DNA of 64,000 nt from contig NC_045707.1 of NCBI RefSeq assembly GCF_009834535.1, forward strand, positions 47,556,001 to 47,620,000, given 5' to 3'. Made by a program: the position numbers and the translations under genes. Below the pieces are notes generated by a model. That model saw only the letters and a list, made by a program, of their open reading frames with translations. It searched no databases and was not told where the DNA came from. Shown piece by piece: positions 53,070 through 64,000 of this stretch. The DNA comes from Camelus ferus (lineage: Eukaryota). Numbering within the stretch: the first letter of the stretch is position 1; every line of letters starts with the position of its first letter.

Positions 53070-53171
53070 CTTTGTGAGCATGGAAATGAAATCCAACAAT
53101 GGTGAAGTCTTGCAAGCGTCAACATAGTCCTTGATGATGCTGAAAAGACTGTTCACAAAACCGAAGCTTGT
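53070..53171 (-). pseudogene. PLEKHG7: PLEKHG7 exon TSFGFVNSLFSIIKDYVDACKTSPLLDFISMLTK
   Basis: ccctag| acceptor and |gtaaaa donor; 102 nt, open. Confidence 0.92.
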
Positions 53172-53639
53172 CTAGGGCCAGGGATAAAAAAAACAAGAGC
53201 AGGCACACTTTCAGAGGTAAGAAATAAAAATCTGATGAACTTCAAATGTCATTCCTACAGGTGTTTCCCATTTCAAATTTATCTCCTGGAAAAATTCAAA
53301 GACTTATTTTCCTCCACTCTCCAATATGTATTTTAAGTTTTTCTTGTGAATGAATTCTTGTTGGTGTATCTCCCTTTTTAGAGGAAAGATATCATTTATT
53401 TATAATACTTGTGAAAAAGAACATTCATTGGAGAATAGACATTTATGAAGATGATGAAGATCTCAGGAATATGTTTTCTGCATTCATTTTTTATTCAGGA
53501 AATTCATGTATTCATGTATTTAACATTACTTACTGAGTCCTCTCTTGCACTAGGTGCTGTCGAGGTCCTCTCGATACGGCAGTGAACAAGATGGGGTCCT
53601 GAGTATATTTCAGAAGGTGTTGCAGAGCTTGTATTCTTG

Positions 53640-53742
53640 AAAATATGGAACACTTCCTGAATTCACATGTCATTCTCGCACAGGGACCCTGCTAAGCTCT
53701 GTACTGTCCCTATTTTACTACATGTGCTGCTGAAGTGAGCAC
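53640..53742 (-). pseudogene. U6 snRNA retropseudogene, full length and diverged
   Basis: Reverse complement reads GTGCTCACTTCAGCAGCACATGTAGTAAAATAGGGACAGTACAGAG...GAAGTGTTCCATATTTT. This is collinear with U6, with CpG decay and a damaged ACAGAGA box. Confidence 0.9.
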
Positions 53743-54016
53743 TGTATTTACTTTCTTAAATAGCTATGGAAAAATTTTAAAAATGTTACAGAAGGTTAAC
53801 TAACAACTGTAATCTATTGGAAAGACGTCAATGGATGTTTAGATTTCCTTTTTATTAAACTGAACTCTTGACCATAAGATTATATGGGGATAGAATATGG
53901 AAGAAACCATACTCCACTATGGAATACAAGCCACAAGAACAGACTAAGTACGAAGTTTCATGATCCTCTGGTGAATTTTAAAACATGGCTACTGGAATCG
54001 TCCTACTTTGGCTCAC

Positions 54017-54112
54017 CTGACTTAACTCCTCCAGGTTTGCAAAAAGTCTCCATAAATCCACATCCAGGAGATATTCATGAGCTTTTAGATGTTTTAATGT
54101 ATTCATGAAGAT
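54017..54112 (-). pseudogene. PLEKHG7: PLEKHG7 exon IFMNTLKHLKAHEYLLDVDLWRLFANLEELSQ
   Basis: ttaaag| acceptor and |gtgagc donor; 96 nt, open; DH motif LFxNLEEL. Confidence 0.93.
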
Positions 54113-54863
54113 CTTTAAAAAAAATGCACATTACTTTCTGTTTTTCAATTCTGATATCTGCCCTCTGCAAGATTATTAAACATACACCTCCTGAGTATAA
54201 TTTTACAGAACAATTTAGAGACCAGTATTTTCAGTGGTTAACAATTGTGCTAAATACAAATGACATTTACGCTCCATAGAACATATGGGAAATGTGCTCT
54301 TCTGCATGAAGTCGTTGCTTGTAAGCCCTAACAACATTCCTGTTGAACATAATCTGTTCAAATGGGCTTTTTCTGCCTCCCAGTGCCAAAGAAATCTCCA
54401 AGGTTCTCTTTTTGCCAACAGCACTTACTTGAGACCAAAACATTCATACTGAATTCTCATTTATTCCTTCCTCTGCAAAAGACCCAAATGTTCTTTATTT
54501 TCAGGAGATTAACAATAGAGAACTAATGAGTTATTATCTGATAACTGATAAAATGTTTAGATTTAGGTAAAGACATTAAATGTTAATGAAAACATTAAGG
54601 GAGGCTTTATGTGTTACTTGTTTTGATGCCTTCCTATACTAGGAAAACTACAGCAAGTCCAGAAAGGAACTATAATCCTCACAGATATCCGCCCCTCACT
54701 CTATCAACTAAAGAGAGATCAATTTATTGAAATAGGAATACTTCTTACAAATATGATGAAGCATTCAAAGGGTCTATTTCAAGAATTATAGGTGTGAAAA
54801 CACTGGACTTCAGACAACCAAATTAATTCTCCTATTCCCATTTCCATATTACTTAATGTAGTG

Positions 54864-55045
54864 AATGGTTCTCGAACTGGCATCAGAATCATGTAGACGC
54901 CTTGTTAAACAAGAGATTAGGGGGCCCCACCCAAAACCTTTCTGATTCAGTAGGTCTCAGATGGGGTCTGAGAATATGCATTTCTAACAAGTTTCCAAGT
55001 GATTCTGATGTTGCTGGTCTGGGGACCACATTTTGAGAACCACTG
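54864..55045. mobile_element. MER5A-like hAT-Charlie MITE
   Basis: TGGTTCTC...GAGAACCACTG termini; internal TTTCTGATTCAGTAGGTCT and TGCATTTCTAACAAGTT. Confidence 0.8.
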
Positions 55046-56181
55046 GCTTACAGCTTCTGCTAATCCAGGCAGTATCAGCTGTCTGGAAATCGGTCAATAT
55101 TCAAGCATTTAAAACGTAATTGTAAGAAACAGAAATCATTACTTCAGATAAATGGGGAAAATTTAGAAGAAATTGTCTTTTTTTGCTATAAGATTCTTTG
55201 CTTTACAGAAAATTTTTGCCATTTGAAGAATACTGAGTCTTTCAGTATGTTTATTACCTGCGTTACAAAATCCCAATTTATAAGAAACTTTGAGAAACTC
55301 ATATCGACTGTGTAAAGGGAAGTACTTGTATACTCTAAGTACACTGGGGCATTCAAAAACAAACTCAAATTGGCCATTTTTAAAACAGAAAATGCTAGTT
55401 TAAAAAGTTTGTGTACTTTATAGTGGGATAGGAAGTTCTGTCCTGTTTATTAGGGTGAGAGAGTTAGTAGAGCTTGGGGGGTTAGTGCTCTGCAGTGAAT
55501 ATCTGCCAGTTACCACCCAGCTTCAATGCTTCCCTTCCCTAACATCATCCTGGTTTTCATCTCAGTACCTACTCTTTCTCATGCCTTGAATGTGACTGCC
55601 TTAGGCCAGTTAGCACTTTCCTTCCTTTTCAGGGCAGCTGATTCAGGAGAGGATATGTGACTTAAGCCAATCCAATCAGAATGAAAATCAAGACTGGTTG
55701 TGAATGCTAAGAAGAGATTTTCTCTATATATTATATATATTTCTTTCTCTACAGGGCCTCAAGGACGGCAGCCATTCTTTGTCTACAACAGAAGCTACAC
55801 AGAGGATGAAGCTGGTACCATGGAAGGCAGGGATGATAGATGAAATTTTGTTCCTTGGCTTTGAGCCCCTTGATCAAACCAATCTTGAATTCTCTCCCAC
55901 CTTTGGACTTAAATCACATGGGTCAGTCAGATCCTGTCTTACTTAAGCTAGTTTTCTGTATCTTAACAGTCTCTGTGTTTCAACCTTCTGAGTGTCTTTG
56001 TGGTTTAAATTTTGCTGGTAAAGTACTTAGCACTATGATGGACACAACAAATATTACAGAAAGTAACTAACATTTGTATAGCACTTGATATATTTCAAAG
56101 GACACTAATCTGATTATCATAATAGTCAGATGTTATGAGACAGTCAGAGATGGTACTGTCATCCCTCTTTTATAGCTTAGA

Positions 56182-56405
56182 ACAGAAATTGTCTAATGAC
56201 AGCCTGTGGGATAAATCAGACCTGCTACTTGCTTTGGTAAGTAAGATTTTACTGTAACACAGCCATATGCATTTCTTTACAAATAATCTATGGCTTCTTT
56301 TGCATGCAGTGGAAGAGTGGAGTAATTGCAATAAAGACCACATGACCCTCAAAGCCGAAAATATTTATTCTCTGGACCTTTATAGAAACCACATGCCAAC
56401 CTCTG
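56182..56405. mobile_element. MER58A-like hAT MITE nested in a MIR (~56060-56490)
   Basis: AAAGCCGAAAATATTTATTCTCTGGACCTTTATAGAAA...TGCCAACCTCTG; MIR-like sequence on both sides. Confidence 0.7.
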
Positions 56406-57100
56406 TTTTACAAAATGGAGGACTAGACTTTCCTAAGTTCATATAGCAAGTCAGAGGCAGATCTAGGACTTGAACTCATGTCTCCCAAAACAGTGTCTTT
56501 TCCTGTATAAGGGAGTACCCAGGATTCAAAAGTGCTCATGGGCAGAGGCAGCCTTGGGAACAATGTGGCTTATCTTCCTCTGCAGTCTTGGAAGGCATCT
56601 GCTCCTTTCCTATCCCTTTCCCTGTGGTTCTTCTAGAAGGAATTCTTCGCTCAGAGCCTGCCCAGAGCAGGGCTGCAGGACTGCACAACCCCAGGGGCAT
56701 CACTTACACAGCAGAAGTCAGGAATACAATGTGTAATCCAACTCTGCTGTGTTACATGTGGATGGTGCCCTGAAAATCTGTGACTGTGGCCCTGCACCTG
56801 ATAACTGCGTAAATACAAGGTGAGAATAAGGCAGAAGAAACTCAGATATCACATGGGGAACTAGACTACCTAACACAGAAGGTCACACCCAATTCTGAGA
56901 GGTTATGTTTAAGAAAAGAGTGAAGAGACAACCAAGCTGTAGATAATCAAAAATGAACAAATAAAATTTCCTTAAGATCCTCTGAAAGAGGGGAAACTCC
57001 TCCCCCCAACTTCCTTTTTTCAGCATGGAAGAAAGAAACAAGTCCCCAAAGAACAACATTAATGTTTTCCATCTACTACAAAGATTAAAGCCAGCATTAC

Positions 57101-57246
57101 CATCTTAAGAACTAATAAATGGTCCAAGAAATATAAGTGCATTTGCTCGTGAAGAGTTCCCACATGGCCTCTTGCTGCTTTCTCAGGTCTAATTGATTAG
57201 TAGGAAGTTTTTGATGTGTTTCCACAACTTCATTCCAGGTCTTATC
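57101..57246 (-). pseudogene. PLEKHG7: PLEKHG7 exon DKTWNEVVETHQKLPTNQLDLRKQQEAMWELFTSKCTY/fs/FLDHLLVLKM
   Basis: gtacag| acceptor and |gtaatg donor; 146 nt (144+2), with an AT duplication at ~57131-57134; DH CR1 helix. Confidence 0.92.
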
Positions 57247-58009
57247 CTGTACACAGGAGAAGAGAGAGAACAAAACATTTCCACCTCAATAGGTTGACCT
57301 GTTCACCCTTTGCTTTGATTTGTAGTACAGCAGGAACAAGCAATCCCTCAAATCACGATTTCCCACTGCAAGCCCCAAGCATAAAGGTGCCTCAAGTTAT
57401 CCAAACTACAGTTCTCTGTGTGGCTTTGGGATGCCAATTTCTCCCATGTAAGGGATGCACGGTACACGTTATTTTTAGTTTAAAATGAAAGGGAATTCAA
57501 ATTGATGTTGTTTTGAATTATGTTTGAAAATTTCATGAATCTTTTTCAGTTTATTGAAAAAAACAAAACAAAACAAAAAACCCAAACCACTAAAAGAACC
57601 CCAAACCCAGAACTGGGAAGTCTGATCCAGGTTCTACTGGAAAAACTTGTTGAAATTAACTACTGAAGGATTATGAAATAAGAGTTTTAAAGGTTAAAGA
57701 GACCTTTAGAAATTGTCTTATCAAAACCAACTCATCTTTCAAAAGAGGAAATTAAGGCCCAGAGAGGGGAACAGTTGTAGCAAACTATTAACATTTGTAC
57801 AGGACTTCATGGTCTGACCATTATCTTATTTAAGATAGAATGACTTTCCTGAGGTTTCAGTGTGCTTTAGGGACAGCAGACCCCATTCTACCAGGCCTGG
57901 GTTCCTTTCCTGCACTTTGCTGCTATTATGAACAAGGCAATAACCTGACAACTTAAAATGACCAAAAAAACACAAAGAAGCCACGCCACACAGAAAACAA
58001 CTGGGACAC

Positions 58010-58081
58010 TTTCAGGCTGCGGAGTTCACAGCCTCTGAGGTCTGTAATCAGATCAGATATGTGTTTCTGTTTGTCTTTGCT
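58010..58081 (-). pseudogene. PLEKHG7: PLEKHG7 exon SKDKQKHISDLITDLRGCELRSLK
   Basis: aaatag| acceptor and |gtgtcc donor; 72 nt, phase 0/0; joins both flanking exons in frame. Confidence 0.7.
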
Positions 58082-59833
58082 CTATTTAAAGATTATTAGA
58101 AACAGGATTTACAAACATAACTTCTTGGGCGACATGTCTTTGGTGGCAGCCTCAGCATCTTTTGTTCACTGCCCAACATGCATGAGAACAGACTGTGTAT
58201 TTTGCCTATGAGCCACTAACAGGTTTAAAAAAAAATTTCTGAGCCACAGTCTGATCCACAGGACCACAGAATGTCAGACAGAAAGCAGAGAGGCCAGCAA
58301 AAATGTCTGATCCCAACCTCTGATTTTAAAAGTGAAAAAAACCCAGGGCTCATAACTGTTACACAGCTAATAGACAGATTTCAGCCTAATGTGCACCTGG
58401 CAGTCCTAGTGTCCTTCACATTCTAACTTTTCCAAATGTTGTCTCACAGGACTTTACCATCAGAAGGGGTCTTAGATGTCTTAGTTCAACTCTTCACTTA
58501 GCAGATGACTAAATAAAGCCCAGAGTGTTAAAGGAACTTCCCAACACGGTAATTCTCTGCTACAGAATACCAGAATATGCTAGAAATTTTAGTTTCCTTA
58601 GGATGGAACCACCAACATATTTCTGTCATAATTTTCATTTTAAGTAATATTAGTTTAAAAATAGGATTACAAATTGTAGAAAATTTGGTTATTGTAGAAA
58701 ATTTGAGAAACAAAAACAAAATCAGTCTGTAATCTCTACCCTACCCCCAGATAACTACTGAAAACCTTTTTCTGATTGCATTTATAATTAATTTTTAATG
58801 GTGTCATATTTACACATTCTTTTGCAACTTGCTTCAAAAGCAAGTTTCAAAAACTAAATCATGACCTTTTCATTTTTCCTGACTCATTCAGTATTCTGTT
58901 CCAACATCATGAATTACCCACTTAAAGAGTTCATTTTACCAACTAAACCAGGAAGAAGCTATCAGATAACAATGTGTGAGGCTTTCTAAAGTCAACTTGG
59001 ATGCACTTCAAATGAATCTTTATCACAAATAATTTTTAACTTGTTCTACTGCCTCCGGGTACATGATGTTCGCATGCATCTAAGCAGTTTGGTGAACATT
59101 ATTCAACTTGAGGTTAATGAGCAACAGAAGGCATGGGTTATCTGCTCTCGTGGGGAGGCAGCTCCCTCTGCGTGTGAAAGGAGACCCTGTAATTGTTTCA
59201 GAAAGTGCTGAAGGACTGTGGCTTATTTCTCTGGTAGTGCTGAGGCACCGAAAGAGGAAACCTATGAAAGACTTATTAGCTTCCCAGCAGCAAAGGAATC
59301 CTGGAGACAGTTGGGTACCTCCCACAGCAACTGGGACATATGCCTTTTGTTGATGACTGAAACCACAGTGACTGCATGTTGCGGAAATAAAAAAAAAAAT
59401 CAGCAGTCAGTTGAAAAATAAAGAGGCTGAGACAATGGAAGCAGCACTGGGGCTGTGGGAAAGTGGATACCAGCCCTCTATCTTGAAGGGCACTCACTGT
59501 GGCTTTCTATGGGTCTGATCAACTCCCTGACTTGAGTGGATATGTGCTTGGTGGATACGCTAATGAGAGGGGAGGGGACAGTCCTCTCAGAGGAAACGTT
59601 AACTCTTTAGCATTATAGACCCATTGCTGGAAGCTGTGTTGCTTCCACTATGGTGGCATTGGCTAACAGAGGCAATGAGAAGCATTAGAAGGGTATTTGG
59701 AACATATGGAGGATGAAGAAAAGTTAAGAAGCCAAGGTTTATTCTGGGATCTCAGACTTAATAACTAAGAGGTGGGTGAACTGGAAATTTGTAGTTGGCA
59801 CTGGTGACAAGGAATTGGAGTAAAATGAGTATA

Positions 59834-60177
59834 TAGTCCTCCCTGGTATCCTTGGGGGATTGGCTCCAGGACCTTCTCAGGTACCAAAATCCACAGATAC
59901 TCAAGTTCCTTATTAGAATGCATTTGCATATAATCTATGCACATCCTCTCTTTAAATATACTTTAAACCATCTCTGGATTAATTAGAATACCTAATACAA
60001 TGTAATCACTATGTAAATAGCTGTAAATACAATGTAAATGCTATGTAAATAGTTGCTGGTATGTGGCAAATTCAAGTTTTGCTTTGTGGAAATTTCTGGA
60101 ATTTTTTTTCAAATATTTTTGATTCACAGTTTGTTGAATCTGAGAAGGCAGAACCCACAGATACAGAGGGCTGACTG
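59834..60177 (-). mobile_element. Tigger-family MITE (Tigger3a/MER7-like)
   Basis: TA-flanked, ends GAGGGCTGACTG|TA; a reverse-complement homologue of 34056-34385. Confidence 0.78.
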
Positions 60178-60329
60178 TATGTGAACATACGTATTTTGCA
60201 GTGGTTGACAAAGAGATGGCTTTGAATTGGTGAGAATCACTATCTTTGAGAGCCCCGGTGAGATAAGGAGAAAGGAGTATCCAGGTCTCGTTATGGACCT
60301 CACAGCTGGAGGAGCAATTCAATGACTGT

Positions 60330-60570
60330 GCTAAAACTCAGAGCCAGACTGCTTGGGACTGTTGGGACAAATCCCCACTCTTCTGCTTATGAGCTGTGAG
60401 ACCTCAGGCAAGTTATTCAACCTCTCTGAACCTCCGTTTCCCCATTTGCAAAATGGGGATAATGATGTTACCTACCTTATTGGGTTGTTGCAAGAATTAA
60501 TGCATCAACATATATAAACTATGACATACAACCAAAACACATAAACAGACAGTGCCTGATAACATGGTAA
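60330..60570 (+). mobile_element. MIR SINE
   Basis: GCTGTGAGACCTCAGGCAAGTTATTCAACCTCTCTGAACCTCCGTTTCCCCATTTGCAAAATGGGGATAAT core. Confidence 0.8.
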
Positions 60571-61449
60571 AAATTACATGTATGTTTGCTTTTACAAAAT
60601 ACAAATACTGTTATTGATGGCTGGGAAGAAGGAAGGAGAGAAGAAAGGCAAGGAAACGAAATATCTGTAACAGTTTGGGAAAACACATTACAATGTGGTA
60701 ATGTGTTATGTGGGTCATCATTTACATAGATGTAAATTGCTTGATAAATCTGGCTGAAAGGATGAAGGAGTGAGTAGACACTGACTTTAAGGGGACCAAG
60801 TATTGTGTCCTTATGAAAGTGAGCCTTCAAGAAATGAATTTCCCTTCATTAACAAGAACATTTGCTGAAACATTCTGTCATTCCAGTGATTATTCTGTTT
60901 CTGTGTAAATATACCACTGCCTACTCACCTAACTGTGTAAGCCATTTAAACACATTCCCCCCTCCCACTCCCAGTTTATGTGTCAGCCTGACCGTCTCAA
61001 CTGTGAGCTGAAAATGGGCATCTTGGCATATTAGATATCTAGTCCAGTGTTTGGCACATATGCCACCCAACACATACGAAACAAATTATTTCCTTATGGA
61101 GAAAGAACACATGCATGACAGTAACTTGTAGTAACCTTAGGTAATTTCTCCCTTCTGAAAAGCACCTTCTAGCTTCCTGCTCTGAAGGAGCCCTCTGGAG
61201 AGCTGGTGGGAGATGCCCCTTCTGAAACCCTAGAATCTATTGGTAACAGACCTTTGCTGCCATTTAAATGAGGAAGGAGCCCAGGACAGGCTGTACCATA
61301 GGCCCTGTCTCAGAACTGCCAGGAAAACAGTCAAAGCAAGTTCCTAAAGAGGGGCAAAATGAGAATGACTAATGAGCAAAATTCTTGGTGACAATGGTGT
61401 CAAGATTTTACAACTAGTTTATGATTTGAAGTTTGTAACATTTAGACTC

Positions 61450-61815
61450 TGTCCCTATGGACTGAATGTTTCCGTCTCCCCAAAATTCGTATGTTAAAGC
61501 TGAAGTCCCCAATGGTATTTGGAGATGGGACCTTTTGGGAAGTAATTAGGTTTAGATGAGGTCATGAGGGAGGGGCCTTCATGATGAGATTAATGTCCTT
61601 ATAAGACCAGGAAGACACCAGAGCTCTCTCTCCACCATGTGAGGACACAGTGAGAAGGCGGCTGACAATAACCCAGAAAAAGAGTTCTCACCAAAACACA
61701 GCCATGCTCGCACTCCAATCTTGGACCTCCCAGCCTCCAGAGCTGTGAGAAATAAATACTGGTTGTTTCAGCCAACCAGTCTGTGGTATTTTGTTAAGCA
61801 GCCCGAGCTAAGACA
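61450..61815 (+). mobile_element. MaLR (MLT1-type) solo LTR
   Basis: CTATGGACTGAATGTT...GAGGTCATGAGGGAGGGGCCTTCATGATGAGATTA...GCAGCCCGAGCTAAGACA. Confidence 0.85.
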
Positions 61816-62991
61816 CTCATACAAATGTTTTACGCTTGGAAAAATAATGTGAAAGTCATTCATACACTTGATTTTGAGAACAAGCAGTTTTTCAAACCCT
61901 GATTACAAATCATACTATCAATAATATGGCCAATATTGATTGTTTCAGATGTGCCCATTTCTGGGGTAGGCTTCACAGCATTATTAGATTTATTCATCAC
62001 AATAACCCTGTAAGGCTAGCACTGTTAACATTAATTTTTTTTTTTTTAAACAGGGAAAGACCTGAAGCTGAGGGAAGTTAATTCATTTGGCCAAGGTCAC
62101 AGAGCAGTAAGTGGAACAGCTGGGATTGAAACCTCAGAGGGCTTTTAATTTAGCTCTGGTACTTAAAAAATATCAGTGCATGTGTGTCCATAGAACTTCC
62201 AAAGTAGATGTCAACAACTGATGACAAACTGACTGGAGAGGCCACGTGGGCAGTTTTAACAGAAAGAGGGCAGTAACTATTCATAAGGCCCTACGGGTAT
62301 TGCTGGCTGCAGTGTGTTGGTATTGTTGGGAAGACAGTCAGGAAGTCCTTCCCCTTCCTCCAGACATCAGGAGTGAGGAGTTAGGAGCACTCCTTCCCTC
62401 TGCCCCCAGCACACCTGCAGGAAAGGCTGCACTCCAACCCTCATCCTTGGCAGAAACCAATCAGGCACCAATGACTGCAATTTATAACTCTTCAATGATT
62501 GAGGGAACCAAGAATGAATTAAAAAAAAAAAAACCCACTAGGACCAATCCAACTGGCTTTCCCAGAAATAGAAGTGTACTTGTGGTATCTGTTTCTGTAA
62601 TATTTCATTAATTTTTCAATGTTCCCAATATGTTCAGCACTGACTGCAAACTGGAGCTTACACTTGTGCAAGTTTTCTTCATGGAGTGAGCTGTTTCCTA
62701 CACTGTATCAAGTTATAAATTCGGAGCTGTAAAGCATCACAATATTAGGATTGCTTTGTTTTTCTGCAGAGCTCATTAACCACCGGCAATTAGCACTGTA
62801 TCAATGCACAGAATGGCATCATTTGGCAAGTTCTGTATCCACTACTATGAATGTGATGATATAATTTAAACTTCACGTGCCATCTGCTGTCATGAAAAGA
62901 TAAAGTGGGATGAAGAGGACCTTCAGCCATTTCTTACTTTCTTAGCTACTAGAGGCTTAATTAAAATAAAAATGAAATGCACAACACTCAC

Positions 62992-63032
62992 CACTCCTCC
63001 CTTGGAGAAAGGCCATCTTGGTTTTTTGGATT
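62992..63032 (-). pseudogene. PLEKHG7: PLEKHG7 41-nt exon (E)SKKPRWPFSKGGV
   Basis: cactag| acceptor and a strong |gtgagt donor; phase 1/0. Confidence 0.75.
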
Positions 63033-64000
63033 CTAGTGGGTGAAATTAAAGAAGATATATTAGTACTTTGAGCAACTAGTGACAGATCATTGCAGTGCTT
63101 TACAAAACCTGCTTTTTTCAAATATGCCAAACAGAATTTGTCCTGCTTTAATTCTTCTCTTGAGAATGTACCAAATGAATATTTATATTTAAGCAGATGA
63201 GTGAATGAAGCAATGTTTCAACTGAAAGGCTGGTGTTCTATTGCTCTCTTAAGATGAAATTGTCCTGTTCCTTTACTAGCATATTGTTCACCCTCCTTTT
63301 CCCCCATTGCTCACGGGGAAATCTTTAAAACACAGTAAAATGTTGAGTAACTCTTTTAACACAGAGTCATAGGACTTTGGGTCTGAAAGGACTTCATTTT
63401 CATACTGTTCTACCAGAAACCATCCTCTCAGCATATGCAACTTTAATAGTCTGCCCAAAGTTGAGAATCAGAGATTGCATCAACCTGATAATTCCCCAGT
63501 GTGCTTGAATGTAGATCAACACACGTCACCAATCTTTATGTCAGGGGCTTATTATCTCTACTGGCCACCTCAGCATAATCCTTAGGAGCTGCTTTGAGCT
63601 GAGAAAGAAGTTATTATTCAGTAACACAATCTTTCGATGATAAGGAAATAAACAGACTAGATTATGGGTTCTTAATTTTTATGTCACTTGCATCAATTTG
63701 TAATGCTACCCAGAAAAAGCTGGGAATCATCTCGTAGGTTTAGGTGAGATGTTCTGATGACTCAATACAGAAAATGGATGTCTTAAAGGTTCATCTCTCT
63801 ATTAATTCATCAGGGGACTCCGCACAACACTTCCATCAAGTGGAAGCAATTACTCAGCACTTACCACAAAAGGTGTTCGCGAGGGACTTCTCCCATGGGA
63901 ACCCTGGAATCCAACTGATTCTCTCACTCATTCTAACCACATTACTGATCTTTTGAAAGGGGGTTAGGTGGACTCTCCCTTAGAGACAAATCAGCTTTAC

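Larger units (their letters stand above)
21060..63032 (-). pseudogene. PLEKHG7: PLEKHG7 (DH-PH RhoGEF) unprocessed pseudogene, 13 exons in window; 5' exons lie beyond the window end
   Basis: Collinear exons on the - strand translate to PLEKHG7-like peptides and sit tail-to-tail with EEA1, as I recall for human. Multiple stops, frameshifts and splice-site losses are visible. Confidence 0.9.

Noticed and set aside
55258..55307. AG...GT-bounded 50-nt exon-like segment on the - strand
   Set aside because: The flanking PLEKHG7 exons already join in frame (LKM|IFM); this segment is not a multiple of 3 and has no recognisable homology.
1..64000. CRISPR arrays, operons or other prokaryotic systems
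   Set aside because: The sequence is mammalian (spliceosomal introns, L1/MIR/MaLR) and has no repeat-spacer arrays.

Overview
AT-rich mammalian genomic DNA, probably a camelid, inferred from tRNA-derived SINEs resembling vic-1. On the + strand, the first ~19 kb hold the last eight coding exons of EEA1 (3961-15252). All have GT-AG splice sites and together give an open 422-aa C-terminus (coiled coil plus FYVE finger), followed by a long AU-rich 3' UTR. On the - strand, tail-to-tail with EEA1, I traced 13 exons (63032 down to 21060) of the RhoGEF gene PLEKHG7 (DH-PH), most of them missing from the ORF track. This copy is inactivated: two in-frame stops, four frameshifting indels, two destroyed acceptors, one destroyed or shifted donor, and substitutions in conserved DH motifs. 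It looks like a lineage-specific unitary pseudogene, which is the main finding. One PLEKHG7 intron carries an ~11 kb nested L1-in-L1-plus-SINE stack. The rest is MaLR solo LTRs, Tigger and hAT MITEs, MIRs, L1 fragments, SINEs and a U6 retropseudogene. Comparisons to human proteins and repeat consensus sequences are from memory and need confirming by alignment.
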